A stretch of 64,000 bases of DNA from the NCBI GenBank assembly GCA_964455675.1, contig CAYVYK010000003.1, positions 62,001 to 126,000 on the forward strand. The letters run 5' to 3'. A program made the translations under genes and the position numbers. Below the pieces are notes generated by a model that worked only from the letters and a program-made list of their open reading frames with translations, did not search any database and was not told the DNA's origin. This stretch comes from an uncultured Methanosarcinales archaeon (GTDB taxonomy: Archaea > Nanobdellota > Nanobdellia > Woesearchaeales > CAYVYK01). Every line of letters starts with the position of its first letter. Within the stretch, counting starts at the first letter, position 1. Below are positions 49,394 through 60,160 of this stretch, piece after piece.

Positions 49394-51463
49394 ATGAAGA
49401 AAGTACCTGCAATCATCGTCACGAGCGCACTGCCCTACTCAAACGGCCCCATCCACATCGGACATCTTGTCGAATATATCCAGACAGACATCTTTGTTCG
49501 ATTCTTAAGACTCATCGGGAAAGACGTGATCTACGCCTGCGCGGATGATACACATGGCACAGCAATCGAGATCAAAGCGGCCGAACTCAAGATCACTCCC
49601 GAACAGCTCATTGCGCGCGTAAGTAAGGAACACCAGGAGGACTTTGCCAGATATCACATCCAGTTTGATTCCTACTACTCCACAAACTCGCCGGAAAACA
49701 AGAAACTCGCGGACCATATCTTCTCGAAATGCAAAGAGAAAGGCTACATCTACCAAAAGGAAGTCGAGCTCCTGTATGACGAGAAAGTAGGACGATTCCT
49801 TCCGGATAGATATGTCCGCGGCGAATGCCCCAAGTGCGGAGCAAAAGACCAATATGGAGATGTGTGCGAGTCTTGCGGAAGCACTCACTCGCCGCGAGAA
49901 CTCATCAATCCAAGAAGCACGCTGTCAGGCAGTGTTCCGGTCATAAGGACAAGCAGCCATTACTTCTTCCGGCTTAGTGCGCTATCGGGCACGCTCAAGC
50001 AATGGCTCGAAGGGAATAACAATCTGCAATCCGAAATCAAGAACTACATCCTGAACTGGATAAAGGACGGGCTCCAAGACTGGGACATCACACGAGACGG
50101 ACCGTACTTTGGATTCAAAATCGCAGGAGAAGAGGACAAATATTACTATGTCTGGCTTGATGCGCCAATCGGTTATCTCTCAAGCGTTGCGCATTACCTC
50201 GGCGATACTGAGAAAGCGCTCCACGCATGGAATGGGGCGGACGTTATCCACTTCATCGGGAAAGACATCATTTATTTCCACTTTCTATTCTGGCCGGCAA
50301 TGCTCCTCGCAGCAGATATCAGGCTACCTTCAACTATTGTCGTACACGGTTTTCTCACGGTGAACGGAGAAAAAATGTCAAAGAGCAGAGGAACATACTA
50401 TACTGCCCGCGAGTTTGCAGAGCAGCACAGGCCTGAATACTTGCGGTATTTCTATGCAGGATTCCTCTCAAGAAAGCTTGGCGATGTCGACCTCTCCTTT
50501 ACTGAACTTGAGCGCGTCATCAATGGAGAACTCATCGGAAACATCGCAAACTACTGCTACCGGGTCCTTGATTTCTCAGCGAAAAACTACAAAGGACAAA
50601 TCAAGCGATGTGATACACTCCCTGAAATTGAGCAGTCACTCATGAAAAACTTTACAGACATCCACGATGCTTACGAAACTTACGATTTCAAACGCGTGAT
50701 CACTATATTAAACGAGGTAGCCGCGGTCGGAAACAAACATTTCCAGGAACACGAGCCATGGAAGCGAATAACGACGGAACGAGAAAAAGTCGAAGCAGTG
50801 CTCGGATTTAATCTCCAACTCATCCGCAATATGAGCATCCTCATCTCCCCAATCCTTCCTGAATACAGCAAAGCGATCCAAAGACAACTCGGATTGGATC
50901 AGCTCTCGTGGAATAACCTTGACTTCCAAACTCGGCACTTCACACTTGATCAGCCATCGATAATACTCAAAAAGATTGAAGTGAATAAGCAGCAAAAAAA
51001 ATTCAGGCTGAACCTACGCGTTGGAAAAGTCCTTGAAGCACGAGCGCATCCTGACGCGGAAAAACTCATCATCATGCAGGTTGACCTGGGGACAGAAAAA
51101 CGACAAATCGTCGCCGGAATCAGAAAGCATTACAGTCCGGAATCCATGATCGGTAAACACATCGTAGTCGTCGCAAACCTTAAGAGCGCAAAACTCCGCG
51201 GAGAACTCAGCCAAGGAATGCTCCTTGCAGGATGCACACCTGACGAAAGCAAGGTCGTCATCGTGGAAGCGCCAAACTCAAGCCCAGGCGACAATGTATC
51301 CTACGAAAACCTCGAAGCATCACCAGAGCTAATCTCCTTTGATGAGTTTGGCACGTTCTCAATCACTGTGAAAGATCACCGAGTACATATTGACGGACAT
51401 AAGCTTGCCACAAAGCGCGAAGAAATAATCTGCCCAGTTGATGATGGGGCACGCGTTCGCTAA
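49394..51463 (+). CDS. metG: Methionine--tRNA ligase with C-terminal tRNA-binding OB domain
   Basis: ALPY.NG..HIGH, CPKC/CESC, YVWLDAPIGY, KMSKS, SQGMLLA. Confidence 0.98.
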   Translation: MKKVPAIIVTSALPYSNGPIHIGHLVEYIQTDIFVRFLRLIGKDVIYACADDTHGTAIEIKAAELKITPEQLIARVSKEHQEDFARYHIQFDSYYSTNSPENKKLADHIFSKCKEKGYIYQKEVELLYDEKVGRFLPDRYVRGECPKCGAKDQYGDVCESCGSTHSPRELINPRSTLSGSVPVIRTSSHYFFRLSALSGTLKQWLEGNNNLQSEIKNYILNWIKDGLQDWDITRDGPYFGFKIAGEEDKYYYVWLDAPIGYLSSVAHYLGDTEKALHAWNGADVIHFIGKDIIYFHFLFWPAMLLAADIRLPSTIVVHGFLTVNGEKMSKSRGTYYTAREFAEQHRPEYLRYFYAGFLSRKLGDVDLSFTELERVINGELIGNIANYCYRVLDFSAKNYKGQIKRCDTLPEIEQSLMKNFTDIHDAYETYDFKRVITILNEVAAVGNKHFQEHEPWKRITTEREKVEAVLGFNLQLIRNMSILISPILPEYSKAIQRQLGLDQLSWNNLDFQTRHFTLDQPSIILKKIEVNKQQKKFRLNLRVGKVLEARAHPDAEKLIIMQVDLGTEKRQIVAGIRKHYSPESMIGKHIVVVANLKSAKLRGELSQGMLLAGCTPDESKVVIVEAPNSSPGDNVSYENLEASPELISFDEFGTFSITVKDHRVHIDGHKLATKREEIICPVDDGARVR

Positions 51464-52443
51464 TCCCTAATCTTTCTCTTGAATTCCTCGGTAATCTCGA
51501 TGCTTGATGGGTCAACCCCATACAATTTTCCAAGATAATACGCAGCCCAGAATCCGAGAAGGATGGTGGAAAACATCCTCGAAAGGCGATACCTCCCCGC
51601 AATCGCAATCTCAACAACGTGAGCCCTGGACTGCTTAACCACTTCCTTCGTGATGGCCATGCGCTTCTTGATACGAGCGCTATCCTCCTCAACGTGAAGC
51701 AGTATCACCTGAACATCTGACTGCGTTGCATCAAAGACCTCAATCTCATCATGATTTGCAGACGGAAGGACATTTGTCACACAAAAAGACTTTCCGAGCT
51801 GGTTGATAGCAGTCCTCCACGATGAAGCGAGCGCCTTCATCTGCTCAGATGCGTACACCACAGGTAGCTTATCCTTCAAGAGATCCGCAAGCTCCTTGCC
51901 CTTCAATTGGACAACGTTCGTCCTCAGCGCATTTGCACAATCCTCAATCTCCTGCTTATCACTTGCAAGAAGGCCTGTGTTCTGAATAATATTCAGGACT
52001 GCCATGAACTGATAGCCAACCGCCATCAGCGGCAGCAAACCTGCAGGAACACTCACAAACGGCCGATTATCCTCGCGACAGCGCTCAGCAAGCTTTCCGC
52101 CCGTGCCAACAGCTACCATGAGACATCCCTTGCGGACGGCCTCACGGTACGCCATGATCGTTTCTTCGGTATTACCAGAATACGAAACGGCAATCACCAG
52201 GGTCGACTTTGAAACCCAGGGTGGAACATCATAATCCCTCAGAACGTGAACAGGGCAAGCAAACCTACCGAGGTAATCCCTCATCATTTCACCGACGAGA
52301 GCAGAAGCGCCCATACCCACTATCATGATCGAATCAATCTTTTGGTGGAAGTGCACATTCTCACCAAGCCTTGCACCCTCACGAATCTGCTTATAGAACT
52401 CGCTCAATGATTGCTCAATCGGTTTTATGTCCCCCGCAGCCAT
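51460..52443 (-). CDS. PGI/PMI-family SIS-domain protein (catalytic motif altered)
   Basis: GMG.S, SYSGNTEET, GGKL, P..NH.EI; the NEN motif reads NQL. Confidence 0.85.
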   Translation of the reverse strand: MAAGDIKPIEQSLSEFYKQIREGARLGENVHFHQKIDSIMIVGMGASALVGEMMRDYLGRFACPVHVLRDYDVPPWVSKSTLVIAVSYSGNTEETIMAYREAVRKGCLMVAVGTGGKLAERCREDNRPFVSVPAGLLPLMAVGYQFMAVLNIIQNTGLLASDKQEIEDCANALRTNVVQLKGKELADLLKDKLPVVYASEQMKALASSWRTAINQLGKSFCVTNVLPSANHDEIEVFDATQSDVQVILLHVEEDSARIKKRMAITKEVVKQSRAHVVEIAIAGRYRLSRMFSTILLGFWAAYYLGKLYGVDPSSIEITEEFKRKIRD

Positions 52444-52486
52444 TATTACCGAGAACCAATTGCACTATAAAAAAGTTCTGAATGAG

Positions 52487-53935
52487 TCAATAGCTTCGTG
52501 CAAACCAGCAGAAACATTTGGCTTCCTTTCCGCATCGCACACAGGGAACCTTTGGCTTATCCTTCTCCCATTCAAACGGAATTACCCGAGATGTGGCTCC
52601 CTTCGACGCTACCTGGATATCTTCCTCGCATTCCACTCTTCCACAGAAGGGCGCCTTCACGAGCTTTCTCCCATCCGCTGCCTTCATAAACTCGTCCCAG
52701 GAATTAGCCTCCACCTTGTGCGATTCCATAATCACCTTTGCCCTCTCGAACAGATTATTTTGAATACTCTCGAGTATCTCTTTGCTCTTCCTCGCAATTT
52801 CGTTCCATGGGACTACCGTCTTCTCGCCAGTATCACGCCGAACCATGACAACCTGCTGCCTGTCAAGATCCTTTGGACCAAGCTCAATCCTCAAAGGAAC
52901 ACCTTTCATCTCCCAGTCATTGAACTTCCAGCCAGCACTGTAACCCTCACGATCGTCAATACGGACATCTGTGCGAATCATCTTCATGAGATCCTTTGCC
53001 TTTGAGAGAATCTTCTTATTCATTTCTCCGTCTGAAACAAGGATCGGGACGATCACTGCCTTTATCGGGGCAGCTCGCGGAGGGAGCACGAGACCCTTGT
53101 CGTCGCCATGGAGCATCACCATCGCACCGATCAATCTCGTCGAAAATCCCCAGGACGTTTGGAAGGGGTACTCAAACAGCTCATTCTTACCAAGATAGCG
53201 AATGTTAAACGCATGCGCAAAGCCTTGTCCAAGATTATGGGAAGTCCCCATCTGGAGCGCTTTACCATCCGGCATGAACGCCTCGATTGTCGTCGTGAAA
53301 GCTGCACCCGCAAACTTCTCACGTTCAGTCTTCTTCCCGGCAATTACAGGTACCCCGAGGAGGAATTCGCACAGTCTCTTATACTCCTTGAGCATCATTA
53401 TGGCTTCCTTTGTTGCCTCGCCCTCGGTTTCGTACACACAGTGACCTTCCTGCCACAAGAACTCCCGTGACCTGAGGAATGGCTTTACATCCTTTACCTC
53501 CCATCGTACCACGTTGCACCACTGATTAATCTTCAAGGGAAGATCACGCCAGCTCCGGATCCATCGAGAATAGGAATCATACATGATCGTTTCCGAAGTA
53601 GGGCGCAGCGCGAGGCGCTCCTGGGAGTCCTCATCCTTATTCTCAACCCACGCGACTTCAGGTGAGAATCCCTTTGCATGCTCAGCCTCTTTCTTAAAGA
53701 AAGATTCAGGAATGAAGATGGGGAAGTACGCGTTCTCCACGCCACGCTTCTTGAGTACCTTATTGAATTCGTCCTGTATCGTCTGCCATATCGCGTAACC
53801 GTACGGACGGATGACCAAACAGCCACGGATGGAGGAGTAATCAGCAAGGCCTGACTTGATCACTACCTGAGAATACCATTCGGGCATATCCTCAGACTTT
53901 TTTACCCGAACCCCAAGCGATTTCTCCGTCTCCAT
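52487..53935 (-). CDS. proS: Proline--tRNA ligase (archaeal/eukaryotic type)
   Basis: RPTSET, NQW.NVVRWE, REFLWQEGH, GTSH.LGQ.F, FARSY C-terminus; start re-assigned to ATG 53935. Confidence 0.98.
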   Translation of the reverse strand: METEKSLGVRVKKSEDMPEWYSQVVIKSGLADYSSIRGCLVIRPYGYAIWQTIQDEFNKVLKKRGVENAYFPIFIPESFFKKEAEHAKGFSPEVAWVENKDEDSQERLALRPTSETIMYDSYSRWIRSWRDLPLKINQWCNVVRWEVKDVKPFLRSREFLWQEGHCVYETEGEATKEAIMMLKEYKRLCEFLLGVPVIAGKKTEREKFAGAAFTTTIEAFMPDGKALQMGTSHNLGQGFAHAFNIRYLGKNELFEYPFQTSWGFSTRLIGAMVMLHGDDKGLVLPPRAAPIKAVIVPILVSDGEMNKKILSKAKDLMKMIRTDVRIDDREGYSAGWKFNDWEMKGVPLRIELGPKDLDRQQVVMVRRDTGEKTVVPWNEIARKSKEILESIQNNLFERAKVIMESHKVEANSWDEFMKAADGRKLVKAPFCGRVECEEDIQVASKGATSRVIPFEWEKDKPKVPCVRCGKEAKCFCWFARSY

Positions 53936-54071
53936 ACGTTTTAGGGAATCCAACCCCTTTAAAAATCTTGTTGAAATTGACAACACACCTTTCGAGAATT
54001 CTGAAATCCAGGTCAGGTTGGGCGGTTTCCTTCATTATCTTTATATACCAATATGCGCTTTTCGTCATTCT

Positions 54072-54476
54072 ATGGACGAAATCGATACATACATCATGAG
54101 TTCGCTTGAGAAAAATGGCCGAATGGCGTTTCTCGAAATCGCACGAAAACTGCACGTCAGCGAGGGTACCGTGAGGAAACGAGTTGCAAAACTCGTCAAG
54201 GACGGTACCATCCAGCGGTTCACCATCGACTACTCAAGGCCCGCGCAAGCTGTCATTGGCATCACGATTTCTGCGCACCATGAAATCAAGCGCGTGGCAC
54301 AATCAATGCGTTCACTTGGTGTCCCCCACACGTACACCGTCACGGGACGCTACGATATCCTTGCCATTGTGCAAGCACAAAACCGAGAAGACCTCTACAG
54401 TATGGTTGAACGCATCAGGGCATCGGAAGGAGTTGCGCATACCGAGACATTCATGGTGCTCAAAGAAACCGTCTAG
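54072..54476 (+). CDS. Lrp/AsnC family transcriptional regulator
   Basis: MDEID..I...L..NGR....EIA..L.VSEGTVR.R; VTG.YD. Confidence 0.95.
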   Translation: MDEIDTYIMSSLEKNGRMAFLEIARKLHVSEGTVRKRVAKLVKDGTIQRFTIDYSRPAQAVIGITISAHHEIKRVAQSMRSLGVPHTYTVTGRYDILAIVQAQNREDLYSMVERIRASEGVAHTETFMVLKETV

Positions 54477-55672
54477 ACTGGAACCTGCAGTTCCCGGTAC
54501 GCATGAGCAAGAAGATAAATGCTTCCGCCAATAACCAGGAGATCACGACTGTGTGTTTTCTGCAAAGCCTTTCGCACCGCAAAAGCAGGATCAGCGATGA
54601 TCGAGTGCGGTTTTTTAACCACATTACCAAATAACACCGGATCTTGAGCCCGAGTAGTCGTTGGTTTCGTAAAGATGAACTCATCAATTACAGGCTCCAG
54701 ATCCTTCAGCATGAGTGCCGGGTCCTTCTCGTGCGTGGCCCCCATGACCATCCGTACGTGTTTGTACCTTTTACGAAGAATTTTCAACTCACATCCCAAC
54801 ACCCTCACACCTTGAGGATTATGAGCAGCATCAACGAGAACATTCTGACGAAGGAATTGCATTCTCCCAGGCCATGACGTATTCTGCAGACCACGCACTA
54901 TCATATCGTCGCTAATGTGGAAACCGTTCCTTGCGAGCAGCCTGCACGCCTTCTCTGCAATCGCTGCATTCTCGTACTGATGAACCCCTCGCAAGCTGAG
55001 CTCCAGCTTTCTCATACGCATGATATCATTGTCTCTTACCGTGTGTACTTTCGCATGGCAGGAGCTAGCAACACGTCGAATGGTCTGATAGGCGATGCCA
55101 TTAGCAATCGTAACCACCGGGACACCTGGCTTGATAATACCTGCCTTCTCCTGAGCAATGTCTGTGATCGATGAACCAAGCAGGTTCATATGGTCATAAT
55201 CAATCGTGGTAATGATCGAGCAGTGAGGAACAATCACGTTTGTCGCATCAAGCCTTCCACCAAGGCCAACTTCACACACAACCACATCCACTTTTTCCTC
55301 ATGAAAATACTGGAATGCGAGTGCAGTGGTAAACTCAAAAAACGTCTGGCCAGAATACTTCCGCTTCAATCGCCTGATGAGACTTACAGTGCTCTTGCGG
55401 CTAATCTTGCTTCCATTCACCCGAATGCGTTCCTCAAAATCCATGATGTGCGGACTCGTATACAATCCAACCTTGTAGCCTGCATGCTGCATGACTGAAG
55501 AAATCATTGCAGCGGTCGATCCCTTACCGTTTGTTCCCGCAACATGAATAAACTTTAACGAATTCTCGGGATTACCAATTCGGCCAAGCAATGCTTCTGT
55601 ACGCTCAAGACCAAAACGCCAAGGCCGCGCCTCAAGCGAGTACAGCCAATCAATATAGTACTTATAATTCAT
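54473..55672 (-). CDS. folC: Folylpolyglutamate synthase / dihydrofolate synthase
   Basis: HVAGTNGKGS, YTSPH, EVGLGGRLDATN, DH...LG, WPGR, D.AHNP. Confidence 0.95.
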   Translation of the reverse strand: MNYKYYIDWLYSLEARPWRFGLERTEALLGRIGNPENSLKFIHVAGTNGKGSTAAMISSVMQHAGYKVGLYTSPHIMDFEERIRVNGSKISRKSTVSLIRRLKRKYSGQTFFEFTTALAFQYFHEEKVDVVVCEVGLGGRLDATNVIVPHCSIITTIDYDHMNLLGSSITDIAQEKAGIIKPGVPVVTIANGIAYQTIRRVASSCHAKVHTVRDNDIMRMRKLELSLRGVHQYENAAIAEKACRLLARNGFHISDDMIVRGLQNTSWPGRMQFLRQNVLVDAAHNPQGVRVLGCELKILRKRYKHVRMVMGATHEKDPALMLKDLEPVIDEFIFTKPTTTRAQDPVLFGNVVKKPHSIIADPAFAVRKALQKTHSRDLLVIGGSIYLLAHAYRELQVPV

Positions 55673-55873
55673 TGGAGCCCTTCGTTGGTTCGGGCTCGTT
55701 TATAAAACCTTATGATTACGGCCCGTCCATCCCCGTCTTCACCGTCGAAAAATTTCATCCATTAATTTCATCCTTTATATACTGAGCGAATGCGGAAGGC
55801 ATGCAGACAGAATATTCATACAGATAGATATTTAAAGCCGCGAATCCAGTTAGACGGGTAAAGAGGTGAACGC

Positions 55874-56875
55874 TTGCTCGACATCATCGCGGTAGGATCA
55901 GCAACGCATGATATATTTCTCTTTATGAAAAAGCTCAACGTTGTCCACAGCAGCAGCTCGATCACTGGAGAGCGCATCTGCTTTCCCTTCGGATCAAAAA
56001 TCGAAGTACACGACGTCTACCACGAAACAGGCGGGGGAGGGACGAATACTGCCGTTGGATTTGCACGGCTGGGACTTGCCGTCGGATACTTCGGAAAAAT
56101 CGGGACGGACGTCACTGCGCGCACCGTCCTTGCTGAGCTACGAAGCGAAAACGTCGACGTAAGCCATGTCGTAGTTGATAAAAGCAAAGGAACCGGACAG
56201 AGCATCATCATGACGGGACCTGCGGGTGAACGAACCGTTTGGGTCTACCGGGGTTCAAACAATAACATTACCCGACGGGATATTCCCTATCACTACCTCT
56301 CACAAACGCGCTGGTTATACCTTGCACCTCTCTCTGGAGAGAGCATGCGGATCATCGAACCGATCCTCTCATACTCAGAGAAGAATCACATCCTTGTAGC
56401 GCTCAATCCGAATAAGGACTTGCTTTCGCTTGGCCTCAAAAAAATATCGCCTTTACTAGCTAGGATCCATTTTTTCCTTCTCAATCTCGAAGAAGCAAGC
56501 ACACTCACCGGAATTCCAACACATCAGAAACACCACATCATTCGCGAGGTCTGCCAGCACGTCAGAGGTGTTGTGGTCATTACCGATGGAGCATACGAAA
56601 TCATGGCATCGGATGGATCATCGGTCTTTTCCGTCATGCCTCCGCGCATGCGCGCGGTTAGCGCCCTTGGAGCAGGAGATGCATTCGCTTCAGGTTTCCT
56701 TGCATACTACATCAAGCAACATCACTTAGATGACTGCCTACGCGCTGGCGTCATAAACTCACAGAACGTTGTCATGCACATCGGAGCAAAAAAAGGACTA
56801 CTCACCAAGCTTGGTATGCGAAGATGGCAGAACAAGTTCAGAAGCATCAGAGTAAAAAAACTGTCAAATCCTTAG
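55874..56875 (+). CDS. PfkB family carbohydrate kinase
   Basis: GGGGTN.A...ARLG, N.EEA, GAGDAF.SGF; GAGGTGA SD before the TTG start. Confidence 0.92.
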   Translation: MLDIIAVGSATHDIFLFMKKLNVVHSSSSITGERICFPFGSKIEVHDVYHETGGGGTNTAVGFARLGLAVGYFGKIGTDVTARTVLAELRSENVDVSHVVVDKSKGTGQSIIMTGPAGERTVWVYRGSNNNITRRDIPYHYLSQTRWLYLAPLSGESMRIIEPILSYSEKNHILVALNPNKDLLSLGLKKISPLLARIHFFLLNLEEASTLTGIPTHQKHHIIREVCQHVRGVVVITDGAYEIMASDGSSVFSVMPPRMRAVSALGAGDAFASGFLAYYIKQHHLDDCLRAGVINSQNVVMHIGAKKGLLTKLGMRRWQNKFRSIRVKKLSNP

Positions 56876-57778
56876 TTCGTCACATCGAATCATCTTGCGA
56901 ACAGCCTCGGTGCGCGCAGGATTTAGGTCCTCCTTACTAAAATATACCTTGAGCGGTTTCTTGAGTGCCTGAAGCTTCGAGAGGAGTTTAAGCTGCTGCT
57001 CGAGCGGATAGCTGCTCTCACTAGCGTCAATGACGCATACGATCTCATGAGCCACATGCTTCAGGATAAGATCCGCCTGAACCTCAATCGGATTCTGCTT
57101 GACTCGATTCAAGGCACCCGGTGTGTCGATCCACTGAATATCATGCGCGTATGAAATATTGATGCCTGTTGTGGTAAAAGCATAATTGCTTATCTTCGCC
57201 TTAGAGCCGGTAATTTTCATCAGCAACGTCGTCTTTCCGACATTTGGAAATCCAACGATGGCAACCGACTTCATGTCAACTTTTATATCGGGGAATCCTT
57301 TCATCACCCTTCTGCACCATTCTAAATACTTCAGCTGTGGATTAATCTGCTTGAGATAGGACGAGATCCGTCCATAATACTCCTTCCTCAGTCGATGAAG
57401 GAGATTTGTGTTGCGAGCGCCATACACCTTTCGCGTATATGACTGCCTGATCATACGGCACTGGCTAATGCACCACTGAAGAGCGCCAAGACTCTTCCTA
57501 AACTCCCCAACATCAATGAGATTCTTCATCAAGTCCTGATAGAACGGAGACATGCGCGAAACGTTCGGATAATCCGTTATGACCTTTGTGAATGCGCTCT
57601 CAATATAATCAACAATAATCCCAAGACGCAGTGCCTCAGTCTGACGGAGCTGAACAATCTTCTCGGACTTCAATCTTACGGGTTTTCGAACCGAGAGCAC
57701 CCGGTGCTTCGCTTTTCCAAAGGAAACGTCAAGATAATGGTCCGCAGGCTGAACTGTTGGAAGGTTTTGGAAGTTCAT
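56864..57778 (-). CDS. NOG1-family GTPase
   Basis: FY..L, GR.SS, G.PNVGKT, YAFTT, DTPG, SKED. Confidence 0.9.
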   Translation of the reverse strand: MNFQNLPTVQPADHYLDVSFGKAKHRVLSVRKPVRLKSEKIVQLRQTEALRLGIIVDYIESAFTKVITDYPNVSRMSPFYQDLMKNLIDVGEFRKSLGALQWCISQCRMIRQSYTRKVYGARNTNLLHRLRKEYYGRISSYLKQINPQLKYLEWCRRVMKGFPDIKVDMKSVAIVGFPNVGKTTLLMKITGSKAKISNYAFTTTGINISYAHDIQWIDTPGALNRVKQNPIEVQADLILKHVAHEIVCVIDASESSYPLEQQLKLLSKLQALKKPLKVYFSKEDLNPARTEAVRKMIRCDELRI

Positions 57779-57827
57779 GCAGGGTGAAAGGAAAACCGGC
57801 TATTTAAATGCGGTGGTTTGGATGCTA

Positions 57828-59642
57828 TTATCTTGCCTGATACTCCTCTACCATCCTTGTGACGAGCTCCCTATGACGGGTAAACTCGTCAGGCTCAAGC
57901 GCAGAACCACAGATCTCGCCAATCGTCGTCGTGCCGTCGAACGCTGATTCCATCGCCTGGACTATGAGAGGCTTCATCCCGGACGCCATCGCGGCTTTGA
58001 GGAATGCCTGGTACGATCTCTCACCCTGATAGATCATCTCACGGACATCATCCGTGAGTACCCAGAGTTCCGGAATAACCGTTCTCCCAAAGTATCCTGT
58101 GCCATCGCAATTGCGACAGACTGCACCCTCTTTTCTGCCCGTGCCTCGATGGAGCATTACAGGATCTGTCACAATCTGTGACCCAAGCGCTTCGTTCAAC
58201 TCATTTGAAGCATCATACTCCTCAGTGCAATAGCCGCACACTTTACGCACTAGCCGCTGCGAGAGGACTGCCTTGAGATTCGTCTGAATCACTGAGCGAT
58301 CAATACCAAGCTCGAGAAGCCGCTCGAGCGCGCTTACCGCATCATTCGTATGCATCGTGCTCAGCACAAGGTGCCCGGTATTTGAAGCATACATCGCCAC
58401 GTTTGCCGTCTCGGCATCACGCATTTCCCCAACGAAAATAATGTCAGGATCCTGGCGGAGGTATGTACGGAGCACGTTCGGAAACGTCCACCCAATCTTT
58501 GGAATCACCTGGCTTTGATTAATCCCTGGAAGATTCACTTCCACAGGATCCTCAATCGTCACAATATTCACGTCAGGAGTGTTCAACTCCATAAGAATTG
58601 AGTACAGTGTCGTTGTCTTTCCTGACCCTGTGGGACCAACGACAAGCATAAGACCCTTTGGAGCGTGCACAACCCTTCGAATCTGGCCATGAACTGCATC
58701 GTTGTAGCCAAGGGTTGCAAGTTTGAATTCACGACGGCCTTGCTCAAGCACACGGAGCTCCACTTTTTCAACACCATGGTTTGTCGGCATGGTGGATACG
58801 CGAATACTATACCCCTTGTATGACGGATGCTGACTAACCACTCCCTCGCTAAATGAGATCCCACCATCCTGCGGTCTGCGTCTTTCGTCGATATCGAGGC
58901 CTGACTCAATCTTGATCTTATTAATGAGCCTTAGGAGCGCGGCATCCGCAAGAGCATATCTTCCCTGCTGGAGGACACCATCCACACGGAACCTCACCCT
59001 ATTTTCGTCAGAGCCTTCAGGCTCGATATGGATATCTGTTGCGCGTATCTTAATCGCGCGCGTGATCAGGGCATGATAAATATTTTCAGCAGAAGTCTCC
59101 TCATCAATCGCATTGATGAACGTCCTTCGAGCTTCTGCATCAGTGAGCAGGGGCTTGAGCTGCGCAACCTCATCATCAAGAAGCAAAAAGTAGCGTACGT
59201 GATCCCTTTGAATGCCAACTGCTTGCAGAGCCGAATTAACATAATCCTGAATGTTCATAAGCACATGGTCAGGCTCGACTACCCGCTTATCCTGGAATGC
59301 CTTAATACCCATCACGAGATGAGGTCCATCCTCCGCATTCGTGTACATCAGCGGAACCAATCCGTGGTTATCGTAAAAATTCAAATGATTCGTGATTCCG
59401 GCAGGCAGCGGAGCGCTCTGCATCGCCTCAACGAGCTGCTCCAGAGTGAAGAAATCCGTCTCGACAAGCAGCTGTGCATCAATCCCCCTTCTCTGCAGGC
59501 GTCTTTGGAGCTGTGGAAGGGGCTGATTCGTCGGCTGAGGCTTCTTTCCCCGCTGAGCCGGACGCATCCCAGTTTCTGGCAGTATCTCAACATCGTCGAT
59601 ACCGCCCGGATTTTCATCGGTAAATTTTCTTTCCTTTGCCAT
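57828..59642 (-). CDS. GspE/PilB-type secretion/pilus assembly ATPase
   Basis: ATDIHIEP, R.RVDGVL, DI.ERR.PQDG, GPTGSGKTTT, TIEDPVE, LRQDPD, TGHLV.ST.H, CxxC...CxxC. Confidence 0.95.
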   Translation of the reverse strand: MAKERKFTDENPGGIDDVEILPETGMRPAQRGKKPQPTNQPLPQLQRRLQRRGIDAQLLVETDFFTLEQLVEAMQSAPLPAGITNHLNFYDNHGLVPLMYTNAEDGPHLVMGIKAFQDKRVVEPDHVLMNIQDYVNSALQAVGIQRDHVRYFLLLDDEVAQLKPLLTDAEARRTFINAIDEETSAENIYHALITRAIKIRATDIHIEPEGSDENRVRFRVDGVLQQGRYALADAALLRLINKIKIESGLDIDERRRPQDGGISFSEGVVSQHPSYKGYSIRVSTMPTNHGVEKVELRVLEQGRREFKLATLGYNDAVHGQIRRVVHAPKGLMLVVGPTGSGKTTTLYSILMELNTPDVNIVTIEDPVEVNLPGINQSQVIPKIGWTFPNVLRTYLRQDPDIIFVGEMRDAETANVAMYASNTGHLVLSTMHTNDAVSALERLLELGIDRSVIQTNLKAVLSQRLVRKVCGYCTEEYDASNELNEALGSQIVTDPVMLHRGTGRKEGAVCRNCDGTGYFGRTVIPELWVLTDDVREMIYQGERSYQAFLKAAMASGMKPLIVQAMESAFDGTTTIGEICGSALEPDEFTRHRELVTRMVEEYQAR

Positions 59643-60065
59643 TCATATCCACCTGTCGTTCGTAATGTCATACTGCGGGTCTCTGCTTCCCCTCTTACCA
59701 TACGAGCTAAAACTTGGACCTTTATACTCCTTGTCAGGCTTCATAATACCGCTCGTGTCGATCGTCCTCGGCCAGCACGCAAGCAATCCTCCAATAACGA
59801 ATGCCGCGCCTACCGCAAGATATGTGCAGTCCCTCTTGATTGCCTCTGCCTGCACCTGCAGTTCCGAAGGATTAATTGATGAATGTCGTCCCTCATAAAC
59901 CGCGTTCATTGAATCCGTGCGATACTCGGACCAGAACTCTGCATTCTCTGCAAGATTCTTGCCTGACCATCCGGCCAGTCCCATACCTAGAATGATCGAT
60001 ACTAGCCCAGCTTTCAGCCTTGTCGGACGAATCGCATCACGCCACGCCCCTCCACCCATTTTCAT
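59643..60065 (-). CDS. Hypothetical membrane protein (2 TM)
   Basis: AGGAG SD before ATG 60065; stop abuts the ATPase ATG (TGAATG). Confidence 0.65.
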   Translation of the reverse strand: MKMGGGAWRDAIRPTRLKAGLVSIILGMGLAGWSGKNLAENAEFWSEYRTDSMNAVYEGRHSSINPSELQVQAEAIKRDCTYLAVGAAFVIGGLLACWPRTIDTSGIMKPDKEYKGPSFSSYGKRGSRDPQYDITNDRWI

Positions 60066-60160
60066 GCTCCTGCGAGAATACGTATGCGTTTTTGAATGTT
60101 TGCATGGCTTCCAACACAACGTTTATATACATTCTCGAGGTAGAAAACACTCGGGATTCC

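Noticed and set aside
49765..49880. MetRS knuckle region with only one pair of CxxC motifs (LYDEKVGRFL)
   Set aside because: A known one-zinc MetRS variant, not novel.
55750..55773. AATTTCATCC direct repeat between the divergent folC and pfkB promoters
   Set aside because: Only two copies in AT-rich promoter DNA; could be an operator but there is no supporting evidence.
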